This document shows positions 1 to 12,035 of a stretch of DNA of 64,000 nt, one piece after another; positions within the stretch are counted from its first letter, which is position 1, and each line of letters opens with the position of its first letter. The notes below the pieces were generated by a model. It worked only from the letters and a program-made list of their open reading frames with translations, searched no databases and had not been told where the DNA came from. Both the position numbers and the translations under genes were made by a program. This stretch comes from Azolla caroliniana (Eukaryota; Plantae; Polypodiophyta). The DNA lies in the NCBI GenBank assembly GCA_043228905.1, contig JBHGNT010000001.1, positions 4,340,001 to 4,404,000 of the forward strand. The letters are read 5' to 3'.

Positions 1-705
1 AGCCATATGTGGGTGAGTTAAAGTTAGTAGAGAACTATTAGGTATGAATTGAATAGGTGTGAAGGAGTTAAAAAGAATGTCGTTGACGCTTAACTGAATT
101 GGAGAAGCGGGAAGAGTTGGCGCGCTCCAAAACCGTGTGTGTTGAGCTGAGCTATAAAAGGACTACTTGCTCCACCTCTCCACTCTCTGCTCCGTCTCTC
201 TGCGATGGCGTTTCCTTCTGCCCCCAGGGCTATGTCGCCACTGCCATTCTTGCTGCAAATCGAGCTTTTTCGGCCGTGTTGATGGTGGCCGTGTTGCAAG
301 TCGTTGTGGTCATGGCCGAGCCTATTTTGGTGGTGGTGTTGGTCATGGCCGAGCTGATTTTCATGATCGAGAGGATGTTGATCATGTGGAGGATCATTCT
401 GATTTTTTGGAGAATGATCACGCTAAATTTGTGGAGGATGATCATGCCGATCCTGTGGGGTTTCTGGGAATGGTGACGCTGCGGCTGCTCTTGATCATCT
501 TCATGCGGCTTCATTATAGATGGTGATGCGGGGGAGCAATGAATGAATTCGACTTCTTCATTCTCTTAGGTACCTTTTCTAAATCTTTCACCGATATATC
601 TTTATAACTTTTGCGATTTTGATGATCTTTCCTTTCATGATCTTCGGTTTGCACGTTGTGTATGTCTTCATTTCCTATTTGGTTGTGTAAATAATCCTTG
701 CACTG

Positions 706-1606
706 TCATCTCAATCCTTTCTCATTAGGGTAGGTCGGATTATTGTATAAGTAATGAGTTACTCGTACATCCTCATCTTCTGTTAGAACATCAGCATGTT
801 TTCGATTTTGAAACTGCTTCAAAAAACTCCTTGTGACCAGACCACCGTATTTTTCTATTTGGGAAACATTTGGAGTAATTAGATCATTTATCTTTAAATT
901 TTGTTTAACGTCACGTACCTCATGTTGTTTTTGTTGCCCAAATACACTAATCTCATCAAATATGACTGATTGGCTAATGAAAAAACCTGCATGTATGTGG
1001 ATAAAATACTTTGTATACTTTAACTCTAGAAGATTCACCATATCCAGTAAAAATACATTTTCTTGTGTGAGGATTTAATTCCTTCCTTTTGTCTATAGGT
1101 ACATGAGTGTAAGCGATCGAACCAAACACTCGTATATGACCAAGGTTAGCTTTATGCTTAAACCAAAGTGAATATGGTGTTTCAAGACCGAGTATCTTAT
1201 GTGGTGATCGGTTTTGCAGGTAACATGCAATGGCAACATCTTGTCAGAATCGAAGAGACAATCCGACATCTAGGAGGGTTCGATTCTTGCACTCAGCTAT
1301 ACCATTATGATGTGGGTTATATGGTACAGTATGCTAATGACTTATTCCGTTTTATTCACAAAAGCTCTTCTATTCATCACTAAAATACTCCCCTCCATTG
1401 TTAGTACAGACAGTTAAGATCTTACGTTAACATTTATCTTCTACATATGCTTTGTAATTTGACAAATGTAGTGTATGCTCGTGATTTCTTCTTAAGAAAG
1501 TATAATATAGCGAATCTTATGAAAATTATCTATAAACGAAATAAAATACTTGTAACCATTTATTGATAAATATTGCATCGGTCCACATTGCTTGTTGTAG
1601 ATGCAT
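706..1606 (-). mobile_element. Ty1/Copia integrase remnant (left arm of fold-back)
   Basis: Minus strand reads CGPMQYLSINGYKYFISFID... and later ...FFISQSVIFDE, which are Copia integrase core and C-terminal motifs; frameshifts and stops are present. Confidence 0.85.
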
Positions 1607-1622
1607 CCCTCGCATAATGATA

Positions 1623-2330
1623 ATGCATTTACAAGTTATGTGGATTGATGCAATCTCTATCAATAGATGGTAACAAGTATTTTATTTCATTTATAGATGA
1701 CTTCACAAGATTCACTATATTATACTTTCTCGAGAAGAAATTAGGGGCATAAAATTCATTTACAAGTTACAAAGCATATGTAGAAAATCATTCTCACCTT
1801 AAGATCTTAACTATTCGTACCGACAATGGGGGGGAGTTTTTCAGCGATAAATGGAAAAAGGTTTTGTGAAGAAAAAATGGAATAAGGCATTAGTATACTG
1901 TACCATACAACCCACAACATAATGGTATAGCTGAACGCAAGAATCGAACCCTCGTAGATACATGTCGAAGTATGATTCAAGTTGCTGGATTGCCTCTTCG
2001 ATTCTCGCAAGAAGCAGTTGTCACTGCATGTTACCTGTAAAACCGATCACCACATAAGATACTTGGTGTACAACAAACTATTCGCTTTGGTTTAGGCATA
2101 AACCTTAGTCATCTTCGAGGGTTTGGTTCAATTGCTTACTTTTACATGCCTACAAAGAAAAGGAAGAAATTAGATCCTCATATTAGAAAATGTATTTTTA
2201 CCGGATATGGTGAATCTTTTGGAGTTAAAACATACAAACTATTTGATCTACATACACACAGGTTTTTCTTTAGTCGATCAGTCATATTTGATGAAATTAG
2301 TGTACTTGAGCAACAAAAACAACATGAGGC
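1623..2330 (+). mobile_element. Ty1/Copia integrase remnant (right arm of fold-back)
   Basis: Plus strand reads LCGLMQSLSIDGNKYFISFIDDFTRF, then IRTDNGGEF, PQHNGIAERKNRTL and KLDPHIRKCIFTGY...FFSRSVIFDE; degenerate. Confidence 0.9.
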
Positions 2331-2334
2331 CTAG

Positions 2335-3030
2335 AGAGAGCATTCAAGAATTATATCATCAAGAACAGGAAAATATAAAAGGATGATTGGAAGCCCAATC
2401 ATTGCGTTAAATGTCAGAAACCCGAGGAGAATTATCATGTAATTCAGAGCATTCAAAAACAAATCGTATTGACGAAGAAGCATGGAAAGTTTTTTCGTGG
2501 ATGACATCTGATGACTAAGAAGCAGAAGAATTTAATGCAAGCAGTAGAAATGTGGTTCCCCATGGGCAAGGTAATTAGAGGGATGATAAGATCTACTCTT
2601 TACACACTCATGATAATGATCTAAAAGAGAGATGAAAATGGAAAGCTAATTGATTAGAGGTCTTTCAGGTAATTAAGAGAGAAGAATGAGGCAAAGTTAA
2701 TGGGTTTCTAGTGCTAATTTCCAATTAAAATAGAAGGATGGATTTTCTAAAGTTGTTAATGTTCGTAAATTCTAAGAGGTGAGTTAATAATATCCCAAGA
2801 GAAGAAGATTAAAAAACTCTTGGATATATTTAACATCCATGTATTGGCTTGGGTTGTGGATTGACACAATTTGAATGGATTTTCTGTTGTTTTATGTTGG
2901 ACATTAATGTGGTGGGGTCTCGTATCTATGCATCATATCGTTAACGATTCATTCATCTTCAAAGTCGTGCTCATGTTGGTTTTCGGTGGACTCATTTCAT
3001 TGATGATTTTGATTTACATTTAGATCACCA
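2335..3030. repeat. Dispersed ~700-bp repeat, copy 1 (probably TE-derived)
   Basis: Colinear with 9431-10175, e.g. agagcattcaagaattatatcatcaagaacaggaaaa and gcaagcagtagaaatgtggttccccatggg occur in both. Confidence 0.85.
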
Positions 3031-4509
3031 ATTTATCAGGTTTCATTGAGTCGTGGAGGGAATTATATGTGACATACATATTCAAGTATTGAGTATTGCC
3101 CCCCTCGCGTTGTCCTACCACCTTTTGTATAGTGGTTTATGAACTTGAGGTTGATACCATCAAGGTTTGGTTCGTAAATTGGTCAAGATTAGTAATAGTT
3201 TGCAAATTGTAAGAGAGTTGAGGTCAAGAAATATTGTTGTCACAAGGGACAACGGTTGCTTTGCAATTAGAGTTGGTGTAGACTCATGTCCCAAATTGAA
3301 AGTGTGCTCTATGATGAATTTGTTAGTTATGAACGTGCACCAACATGTGTGGACAACATAAAGGGGGGTGGAGGGGTGCATTGAATATGGGAGATAGGTA
3401 AACAATTTGTCTTAAGAGACTGCACTTTCTCGACCAACCGTAGAAAATGTTCTATGATTAGATGCACACGTGGTCTTTGCTAGAACATGAATGGCGGAGT
3501 GTGGGGACACATACATGGGTGTGCATGGTGAAATGAACACTTGCTCTTAGTTAGAGTTCCTAAGTGAGCAGTGAGTAAATGTTTGAGCATATAGATGATG
3601 TGTTGTGAATGCATGTCTTGGGGGATCAAGGCTAATTAGTCTGTATCTGGCTATCCAACTATAGATTCGTTGATGTTTGTGATGCAATTAGGAGGTTTTA
3701 GAGATGGATGATGAGTTTAGACAAGTTGTGAAAATAGAAAGGATTAGTTTAGTTAAGCTCTTTATCGTTTATGAGGAGACCAATTTGACCCACAAATGAT
3801 CATGTATGTGAGTCTTTCCTTATAAAAAGTGGGTTACTACTATATAGTGAAAACATTTTACTTGAAAATAATGCAGACACATATGCATATGGGTTTTAAC
3901 TTATCATGTTAGTCTAACTAGTCATCGTACTTAATGCAAATTACATTATATGTTGAGCAATGAGCACGTGAGACCTAAGTGATATTCATCCTCTACTAGG
4001 ATTTTGTTGCGTATCTTCATGCTTTGGTTTGGCAATGTTGATGGTGTGGGTGAGGTGGGGGTGTAAACATTTCTTCCACTATTAGGGAAGGCACAAATAT
4101 TATGCGTATTGTGTGTCTATGCATATACATATGTTTACCGACTCTTATTCTCAATATTTGAAGTCTAACAAAACAATACAAAGTAATGAAATCGAAATTG
4201 CCCATGAATCCATTCAATTGAATGTCGTGATTTTAGTTTGAGCTTTTAGGATTGCGGAATTTTTTTGAAATTTCTTTCTTCTACTTTAATTGTTTCAAGA
4301 TGCTAGCACAATGGAGAAACCTATTCATATTTAATTATGTTGAAATCTTCTTAAAATGAGCATGCATTGCAAGATCAGATATCACTATTAATCTTTTTCA
4401 ATAACTGCTTATGCTTTTAGAAAACAAAGCACTCTATCAAAAACCACAAAACTTGATAGAAGATATAACTTTCTTGAAATAATGAACTTTTAATGACATT
4501 AAGATTATT

Positions 4510-4885
4510 CCACGAACTCAATCGAACCGAATTGCAAAACCATAGCTTAACGGCTTTTCGGTTCGGTTTGAACCTTTATTGGTTTAATGGTTTTTGGTTT
4601 AAAGAGTTTGAAACGGTGGTTCAAACGGTTTAAAAAATCAAAATTTGAAATAATGTAAAATTAAAAAAATTAAAATGTCAAATTTTATATTTTCACCTAT
4701 CTTGAAAACCAAAACCTAACTATGAGGCTTAATGTCACTAAAACTGTTTGGTTTTAAGCTTGATTTTTTGCAAGTGTTCAGTTTAAACTGTTTTAGTTTA
4801 AACGATTCCATGGTTCGGTTTATGTTTCTATTATTTTAAATAGTTTGAGTTTGATAGTTTCAAATTGAACTGAACCGTTGCCCAT
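4510..4885. mobile_element. Possible non-autonomous DNA element remnant rich in AACCG/CGGTT motifs
   Basis: Repeated cgaaccga, ggttcggttt and gaaccg motifs in both orientations within an AT-rich ~370-bp block; no clear TIR or TSD identified. Confidence 0.35.
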
Positions 4886-6836
4886 TGTTAATTAAGATTG
4901 TTGTGTATGCATGGGTGCACATACACACATGCTTAACATTATCACGAGAGAAACCCCATTTTATTTGAAAGTGTCTCATTCATTATTGAGTTAATTCACA
5001 TTTTGTAAATATAAGTGAACTCATGAGAAAACATTATTAGCACGAGCTTCTCCGTTGTGCATGTATATGCATATGTATATGAATGAAATACACATAAAGA
5101 GATCGAAACTGGCCTACTTAGCTTCTTACTTGTTGCTCAATTTATAGTCGATACAAAGGTACCCATTTGGGTTGGCTTAGCTACGTGCGTGCTAAAAAGG
5201 GTGTGCTAAAAGGGTGGGTTCGCTTAGCTACATGCATGCTAAATAGGGTGGCACATGAACAAGACACTACTAATTATTGCCCTTCCTACACAAGGAGAGC
5301 CACATTGGCTAGTACCATAGTAAACAGTTTTACAGGCCTCAAAAGATGTAACCCCATAATATCACCACCAAGTGTGTAAGATCTCCATATACCCTAACAG
5401 GATCTGTATCAGAGATCAGAGACCGGAATTTTATGAGTAAACCCACCATTCCAAGCATTAAATGAGATGTTAAATTTTTCCCTAAGTAGAAATATAATCA
5501 CTTCCTCATTTGTAGTAGTATATAGACATAATCCGTTGTCAAAAGGGACCCGTGGGAAGGAATGTGCTGATCTATGGCTCAGAATACTAAGTTCTGCTAT
5601 TCCAATTCTGTTTTGGCTTGTTTAATTAGAACTAGCTTGAATTTTATCTTTATCTTTGCAATTCAAAGTCGTCTGTTATCTATCAATTTAGAGTTTTATC
5701 CTTGCAATGAGTCTTTATTTATTTAATTAATTATTCAATTGTAAGAATGGTTTCATTCCATTATTTTGTCTAAAAATTTCAAGTATGGACTCATGAGAAA
5801 ACAAGAAAGCAAGAAATTGATGTGTGAGGTGAGGAGGGAGGGAAGTTTGCTTTGGTATTCATCCATGTGTTTGCTGATGATCTACGTATATGCAGTGTAT
5901 ATTTCGGTCTCTTGGAAAGCATATATACACGCATGATCTACGTACGCCCAGGCTCGTCTCTGCAATTGAATCTATCTATCTATCTGTCTTTTTTAATTGA
6001 ATCAGTCCTTGCAATCGTTATGACTCTAAATGAGAGAAAGTTGGTAATTACGCTAACCTAATTGGTCCAAAAGAACTGAGCGAGCGATATAGCAATTGAA
6101 ATTGAAACAGTCAGTCATCTTTGAATTGCTATTATATCAGAATTGGTTAAGATTCACTCGTTAGAGGTATTTTCTGTATCATTGTGAATGATGTTTTTGC
6201 ACTTTGCGGTTTACATTTAAAGGCTTGATGTGATCTTAGGTGATTCCTTAACAAAATGCATGTTTTCTACATGTGTAAAAACAGTTCATCTACTCAGATT
6301 TGGTTCTATTTTCTGTTTGCTTCATGTAGATTCTGGATGTATGGAGGTAAGTGAAGATTGTTTAATGAATTGCATCTGTAAAATGGTGCAAAATCTGCGT
6401 CTCAAACGCTTGCTTATAAGGAGGGGGAATGCAAGGTAGAAGATCACCAGTAATTAACTTAATGCAGGTAGCCATGGATTAATGGCAATCCATTGCTCAT
6501 GCGCAATCAGCGTACCGTAAACCTCAATACTGTAGGTTTTCTGTATCCTTCCACATGCAGCGGACATCATGCAGATTTCCAAGAATCCACATCACCAATA
6601 GACTTTAAAAACTTTTAGAAAAGATTTACCCTAATAAACATTCATAACCGGAGACGTTGCTGGATTTTACTAGAAAAAGCTCCATTTTATTAGACAGTGG
6701 TTTGATTCATTCATTTATTGAGTGAATTGGTGTATGCAATTCATGTTTTTGCAGATACAAGCAAATTCATGAGAGAGAACCATTATTGAGCAGGAGCATC
6801 TCATCTTCTCACTTCCTGATCTTCTCAATGTAAAAG

Positions 6837-9077
6837 TTAATTGAATAGCATACGAGAAATCGTTTCCCACCCACTATCAGAAGGACGAGATCGGTCCCAG
6901 AACAAGGCAGTTTCTGGCGAGGGACACACAGTGTAGAGGGGTGCGCCATTACTATCCACACTTCCACATAAGCTTCCATTAATACCTTGGCAACATGGCC
7001 TTAGCGAGAGCATATCTATCATTTTTTAACACACATACACACATTTAGTACCTAATAACAGTATTAAGGATTTGAGGAACTTGTGGTAACCCTAGGTTTT
7101 TTGCAACTAGCAGGAAAGGAAACAGAATGATTTGAATGAGCTTATGTCTCACCCCCTTATCACAAAACATTAACGAAATGGAAACAATCAGAGGGCACTT
7201 GTGTTGTTGTTACCTTTCGTGGCGTTAATCGCTGAATCCAGATCTAACGCGATGAACTCGGCGAGATTATATTTGTCTCGTAGAGCTGTTAACTTGGCTG
7301 CAAGTTGTTGATTGTGGGGAACACTGATCGAATTGCTGATCGAGTCATTGCATGCCGTATAATTATTCAGAGATGCGAAGAATGGAAGGCAACCAATCGG
7401 TTGTAGATTCGTCACAGCTATGGATCGGAATCCCAATCCATACAGTGCCTCTAGATTTGCACCGATTCCATCAATCAGCTTTGGAATAAATGCACCTAAC
7501 TGCAGAAAAATGGGTTCAGATTCAATCAAAATATATATAAACCTCTTATGCAAATTTGCATAAGGTGTTTAAATCTAAAGTCTGTCTTTTATAATTTTTA
7601 TGTGTCAGGTGTTTAAATCGAAACCTGTCTTTTATTTATGTGTATACTCTTTAAATCTAAAGTCTGTCTTTCATAATAAAAAATGAATTTGCTCCATTGA
7701 GCAAGATTGTAGAAGAAGACAGTAGATTTGTATCAGGAAAAAAGAATGAAAAGGTTTGCATCAAAAAAAGAATTAAAACACAGCGTTTTGCTCACCTCAT
7801 CGGCTCGATTTTCAGAGACGTAGGGGTAGTAGTCATTGCCACCAATGGTGAAGAGACATATGGATGATGCTATGAGGCTCTGGGACACCATTCCTTCATC
7901 GATTAGGGAGCTTAGCTGTTGAATCTGTGTGCTAATGTTAGGGTATGTGGAGGACAATGTGAAGAATATCCCACTTCCTCCATATGCAAAGTTAATGCCT
8001 GCTGTACTGTTGCTGTTCGAGGAGGAGTTTAGAAGGCTATACGGAACAGGAGGTTCCACTTGAAGATAAGAAGCTGTGCATTACAAACCAACAGAGAAAT
8101 GAAAACAGCCTAAATGAAGCTGCCATAAAATTTCTGTTCTTTACATTGTTCTTTTGAATGCCTAAATTAAGTTTACATTTAAAGCTGTGCTGCCGGTTCA
8201 GAGATTAGACATGACTAATTGTTTGCTTACTGATACTTGCAAATCTTGATTAGAATCGCTAATCAGGCCATTGATCAGACATTGTGGCTCCTTTAAAATT
8301 TTGATGCATGTATGCGGAAATTTAGGTTTGATATTATGGAGTTAATAAGGACCCCAAAGAACAAATAAAAATTTCTGTTCTTTACATGCGAAAGGACTTA
8401 ATATTTCACTAAGTTTGCAGACATTGTTCTTTTGGATGTCTAAATCTTTACATAAAGATGTGGTTCCATGAGAATTCCATGTCCTGCCACTTCAGAGATT
8501 ACGCATGATTAATTGTTGTTGCTTACTGACACTTGCAAATCATGATCAGATTAATCACTAATCAGGCCATTGAGCAAACATTGTGGCTCTCCTTCAATTT
8601 AATAAGCATGCATTTGGAAATTTAGGTTTGGTGTGGAGTTAATAAGGATCCCAAAGAACAGATAAAAAATTTGTGCGATATTTCTAAAGAAGGCATTTAC
8701 CATAAAAGTCTGTGAGAACCCTTCCATCAGAGAATCTTCCAGAGGGAGTGCCAGGCACAGTTTGACCATAGGGTTTCCTCCAGGGAGCATTATTTTGCTC
8801 ACCTACAAGGTTGAGTCTGGAATCAGACTTATCAAGATTTCCTGTGTCTGCAAACGCGTCCCCAAATGCAAACAAGGCCGTGTAGGTTTTGGCATTAGCT
8901 TGAGCTTCTGCAAAAGGAATAATGGTCAAGGATAATCATGAACCAAGAGTCCATTACTTATATATATCCACCAAAGAAGCTGTGCAGAGAAAGACACAGA
9001 CACACAATGCCGAGAAGCTTACCAACAACTGAAATTATCATGAGGAAAGAAGCCACAATATAGCTTATTGCCTCCAT
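6837..9077 (-). CDS. GDSL/SGNH esterase-lipase-like protein, probably non-catalytic
   Basis: Five exons with GT-AG introns in consistent phase: 9077-9023, 8907-8701, 8073-7796, 7499-7214, 7015-6837. Signal peptide MEAISYIVASFLMIISVV; FAFGDAFADTGN; PYG..PSGRFSDGR; GINFAYGGSG; IGGNDY; PIGCLP; PCC; FWDRSRPS. An alternative ATG lies at 9083. Confidence 0.93.
8128..8670. repeat. Tandem duplication within GDSL intron 2
   Basis: aaatttctgttctttacat...ggagttaataagga.cccaaagaaca occurs twice (about 8128-8370 and 8370-8670) with indels. Confidence 0.75.
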
Positions 9078-9430
9078 CTTCATGGACCAGCTGCCTGTCC
9101 TTCTTGTCGAGCTTGAGAATACACAGGGGAAATGAGCCACTCAAGTCGAAGAGTTATACATACATATATATATATATATATATAATTAAGACTAAGTTGA
9201 GTCCAGACTCCATATCTGTTCATGTTTCTAATTATAGCTTCAATTATTAATCGAAAAATGAGTAAATTTTAAGCAGGTTATATTTATTAATGACTGTGGT
9301 GGGGATCCTTGGAATTTTTGGGGAAGATTTCTGGAGTGATTATGGTGTCGTCTTACGTGTATCATTTTGGAGGCGATCACTTTAGAGCAGAAGCGATTTA
9401 ATGTGTAGATTGCGTATCATCTCTGCCCCA

Positions 9431-10175
9431 TAGAGCATTCAAGAATTATATCATCAAGAACAGGAAAACATAAAAGGATGATTGGAAGCCCAATCATTGC
9501 GTTGAATGGCGGAAACATCAGGAGAATTATCCTATAATTCAGAGCATTCAAAAACATTCATAAGGCAGAGGGATCGATCATCAAAACGTATTGAAGAAGA
9601 AGCATGGAAAGTTTTTTCGTGGATGATGATGACTAAGAAGCAGAAGAATTTAGTGCAAGCAGTAGAAATGTGGTTCCCCATGGGAAAGGTAATTAGAGGG
9701 ATGATAAGATCTACTCTTTACACACTAATGATAAAGATCTAAAAGAGGGATGAAAATGGAAAGCTAATTACTTCGAGGAATTTCAAGTAATTACGGTAGA
9801 AGAATGAGGCAAACGTAATGGGATTCTGGTGCAGATTTCCTATTTAGATAGAAGGATGGATTTTCTATGGTTGTTAATGTCTGTAAATTCTAAGATGTGA
9901 GTTAATAATAATACGAAGTGAAGAAGATTCAAAGACTCTTGGAGACATTTTACCATTCAATGGATTTGTTGTTTGAAATCCTGCAATGTATTGGAGTGGA
10001 TTGTGGAGTGACACAATTTAAATGGATTTTGTATTTTTTTAAGAACTTGGACATGAATGTGGTGGAGTCTCATATCTATGCATCATATTGTTAACGATTT
10101 ATTCATCTTCAAAGTTAGAATCATGTTTCTTTCCGGCGTCAATTCGTTTATGATTTTGATTGACGTTTGGATCGC
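9431..10175. repeat. Dispersed ~700-bp repeat, copy 2, upstream of the GDSL gene
   Basis: Direct repeat of 2335-3030. Confidence 0.85.
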
Positions 10176-10229
10176 CTTTATTGTGCCTAGGATCACCTCT
10201 TGGGTGGTGATAATTAACTCTGGCTTAGG

Positions 10230-10301
10230 AAACTCCTTGGTTTAACCCCCTTGTGCAAGGTATCTCAATTAGACATACGAGGGGGTTAAACCAAGGAGTT
10301 T
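10230..10301. repeat. Perfect 22-bp inverted repeat with 28-nt loop
   Basis: aaactccttggtttaaccccct (10230-10251) and agggggttaaaccaaggagttt (10280-10301). Confidence 0.9.
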
Positions 10302-10772
10302 ATGCAACTTCATTTTAAATTGGTTGTTTTGTTTGTTAATTAATTTCTCTTCTCGTAATGAATTTTTATGTATTTATTTTTCATCGTTATCACTTTATTA
10401 TCTTAATCGAGCATCTATTAACTAATCATTTGATTTTCTAAAACAATTTTCACCTTTTTTATGTTAACAATTTAAGGCTTTAATTATACATCATAGTCCC
10501 CTAACAAATTTCTTCAAACCTAAATCATCACAACATTGGATGAATGCCCAATCATTGTTTTGAATGGTGTTAACAATGCATATATTTGTCATATTATGAA
10601 CTTTTAAGTTTTTTCTATGCATGGTTTGAACCCTTTCGGTTCCGGACAAAGAGATTTTGCTTAAAAGATAGATGCAAAGTAGAAAATTTGAACCATTTGA
10701 TATTATTTAGATTGAAGCTACATATGCTATTAGGAAGCTTTATTAGCATTCATCCCCCCCTTTATGATGCAT

Positions 10773-11439
10773 TTTTTTTTCCCCCAAAAAAGAAGCTACT
10801 TACCCATTACTTCAGAGAGATTACTATAGAAAGACTATAGAAGGTGGCTTATACATAAATCGGCAAATCACCCTCCAACCGAGTTCAAGAATATGAGACT
10901 ACGTACATATCCTTTCAAACTTACTACTTAATGTATAGCTATAAACTAGTGCCCTTAATCACCGGCTAGTACGAACCGAATCTTGTTGCCTACAACGAAT
11001 GGAGGGTGGGAGGTGAGTAGGAAATAGCCAGCGTGGGGGTTGGTAGTTCCACCTCAGGCCGTTTCCTCCTTGCGTCACAATCAGTGTGTTGCACCATTTT
11101 TGCCAAAAGCGCAAACGGGCAGTGACCACGTCGTTTGAGTGGCCACAAACCTTGTCCAATTGCCCTTGTAGGCAGTTGATTGATAATCGCGAACCATATA
11201 TCCATGATCAATTCCTCCGAGGGGGGGGGGGGGGGGGGCTACCAGATCTTGGAAAACCTTTAGGCAATATGCTTTCCATACATACCACAGGGTGAATCCT
11301 GCGATCAAGATCTAAATCTCTCGATACCAAGGGGATGCGGTCTTCAAGCCTCTCTCAAATCACGTCTTGACAAGCATTCATAGCACCAACTGTCTACATT
11401 CAAGGCATCCGTCCAACTATCAACCGAGAGATCGATCCA
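10773..11439 (-). mobile_element. 5'-truncated LINE (L1-like) 3' end
   Basis: Poly-T on + at the left end (poly-A tail); minus-strand peptide FTLWYVWKAYCLKVF is typical of an L1 ORF2 C-terminus; candidate TSD atgatgcat at 10764-10772 and 11440-11448; homologous to 14369-14704. Confidence 0.8.
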
Positions 11440-11639
11440 ATGATGCATATTTGTTTATATAGGTTCAACCATGTTGGGATGAATGAGCACATGGTTCCAC
11501 AATAGCATTAATGTATTTGTTAAGCTTATCAACTAGATTTACTAGATCTACACATAAACTTCCTATCCTAAAGCACAAAATCTTTAGCACTTAAACACTT
11601 CTATTTTATCAATAATTAAAATGCTTCATAAAACATAGG

Positions 11640-12035
11640 TACACAATTTAAATTGTTCCACTATGCAATTTCATGGAATATATTGAATGTCGGATATGTG
11701 GAACATGGATATAATGAGGCAACACTCTCCCTCTTTGAGCAAATGCAAAGACTTGTTTCACACTTGTTTGCTGCCTAAAAGCATGTTGCATGTGGTAGCA
11801 TTAGAGCTACATTAATAGGCAATGAAATTCACAAGGACATTGTACAAAAAGCCGTTGAAAGAGATTATTTCATTGGCAATACATTAGTAGATATGTACGC
11901 GAAATCTGGGTCACTTGCTAAGGCACAAGTAGTATTTAACAAGCTTTCAGCCCAAGAACATGTCTCTTTAAATGCACTAATTACAGGACATGCTGAGAAT
12001 GGGAGATTTGAGAAAGTTCTCAATCAATTTCATCA
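11640..12035 (+). pseudogene. PLS-type pentatricopeptide repeat (PPR) gene fragment
   Basis: ACGSIRATLIGNEIHKDIVQKAVERDYFIGNTLVDMYAKSGSLAKAQVVFNKLSAQEHVSLNALITGHAENG is a classic L-S-P PPR triplet; frameshifted upstream and truncated. Confidence 0.85.

Noticed and set aside
90-526. Overlapping ORFs in both directions at the window start
   Set aside because: Low-complexity GATCAT-rich repeats adjoining the Copia remnant; probably TE-derived rather than a gene.
5400-6800. Possible non-coding or miRNA gene downstream of the GDSL gene
   Set aside because: No conserved plant miRNA sequence or convincing hairpin was recognised.
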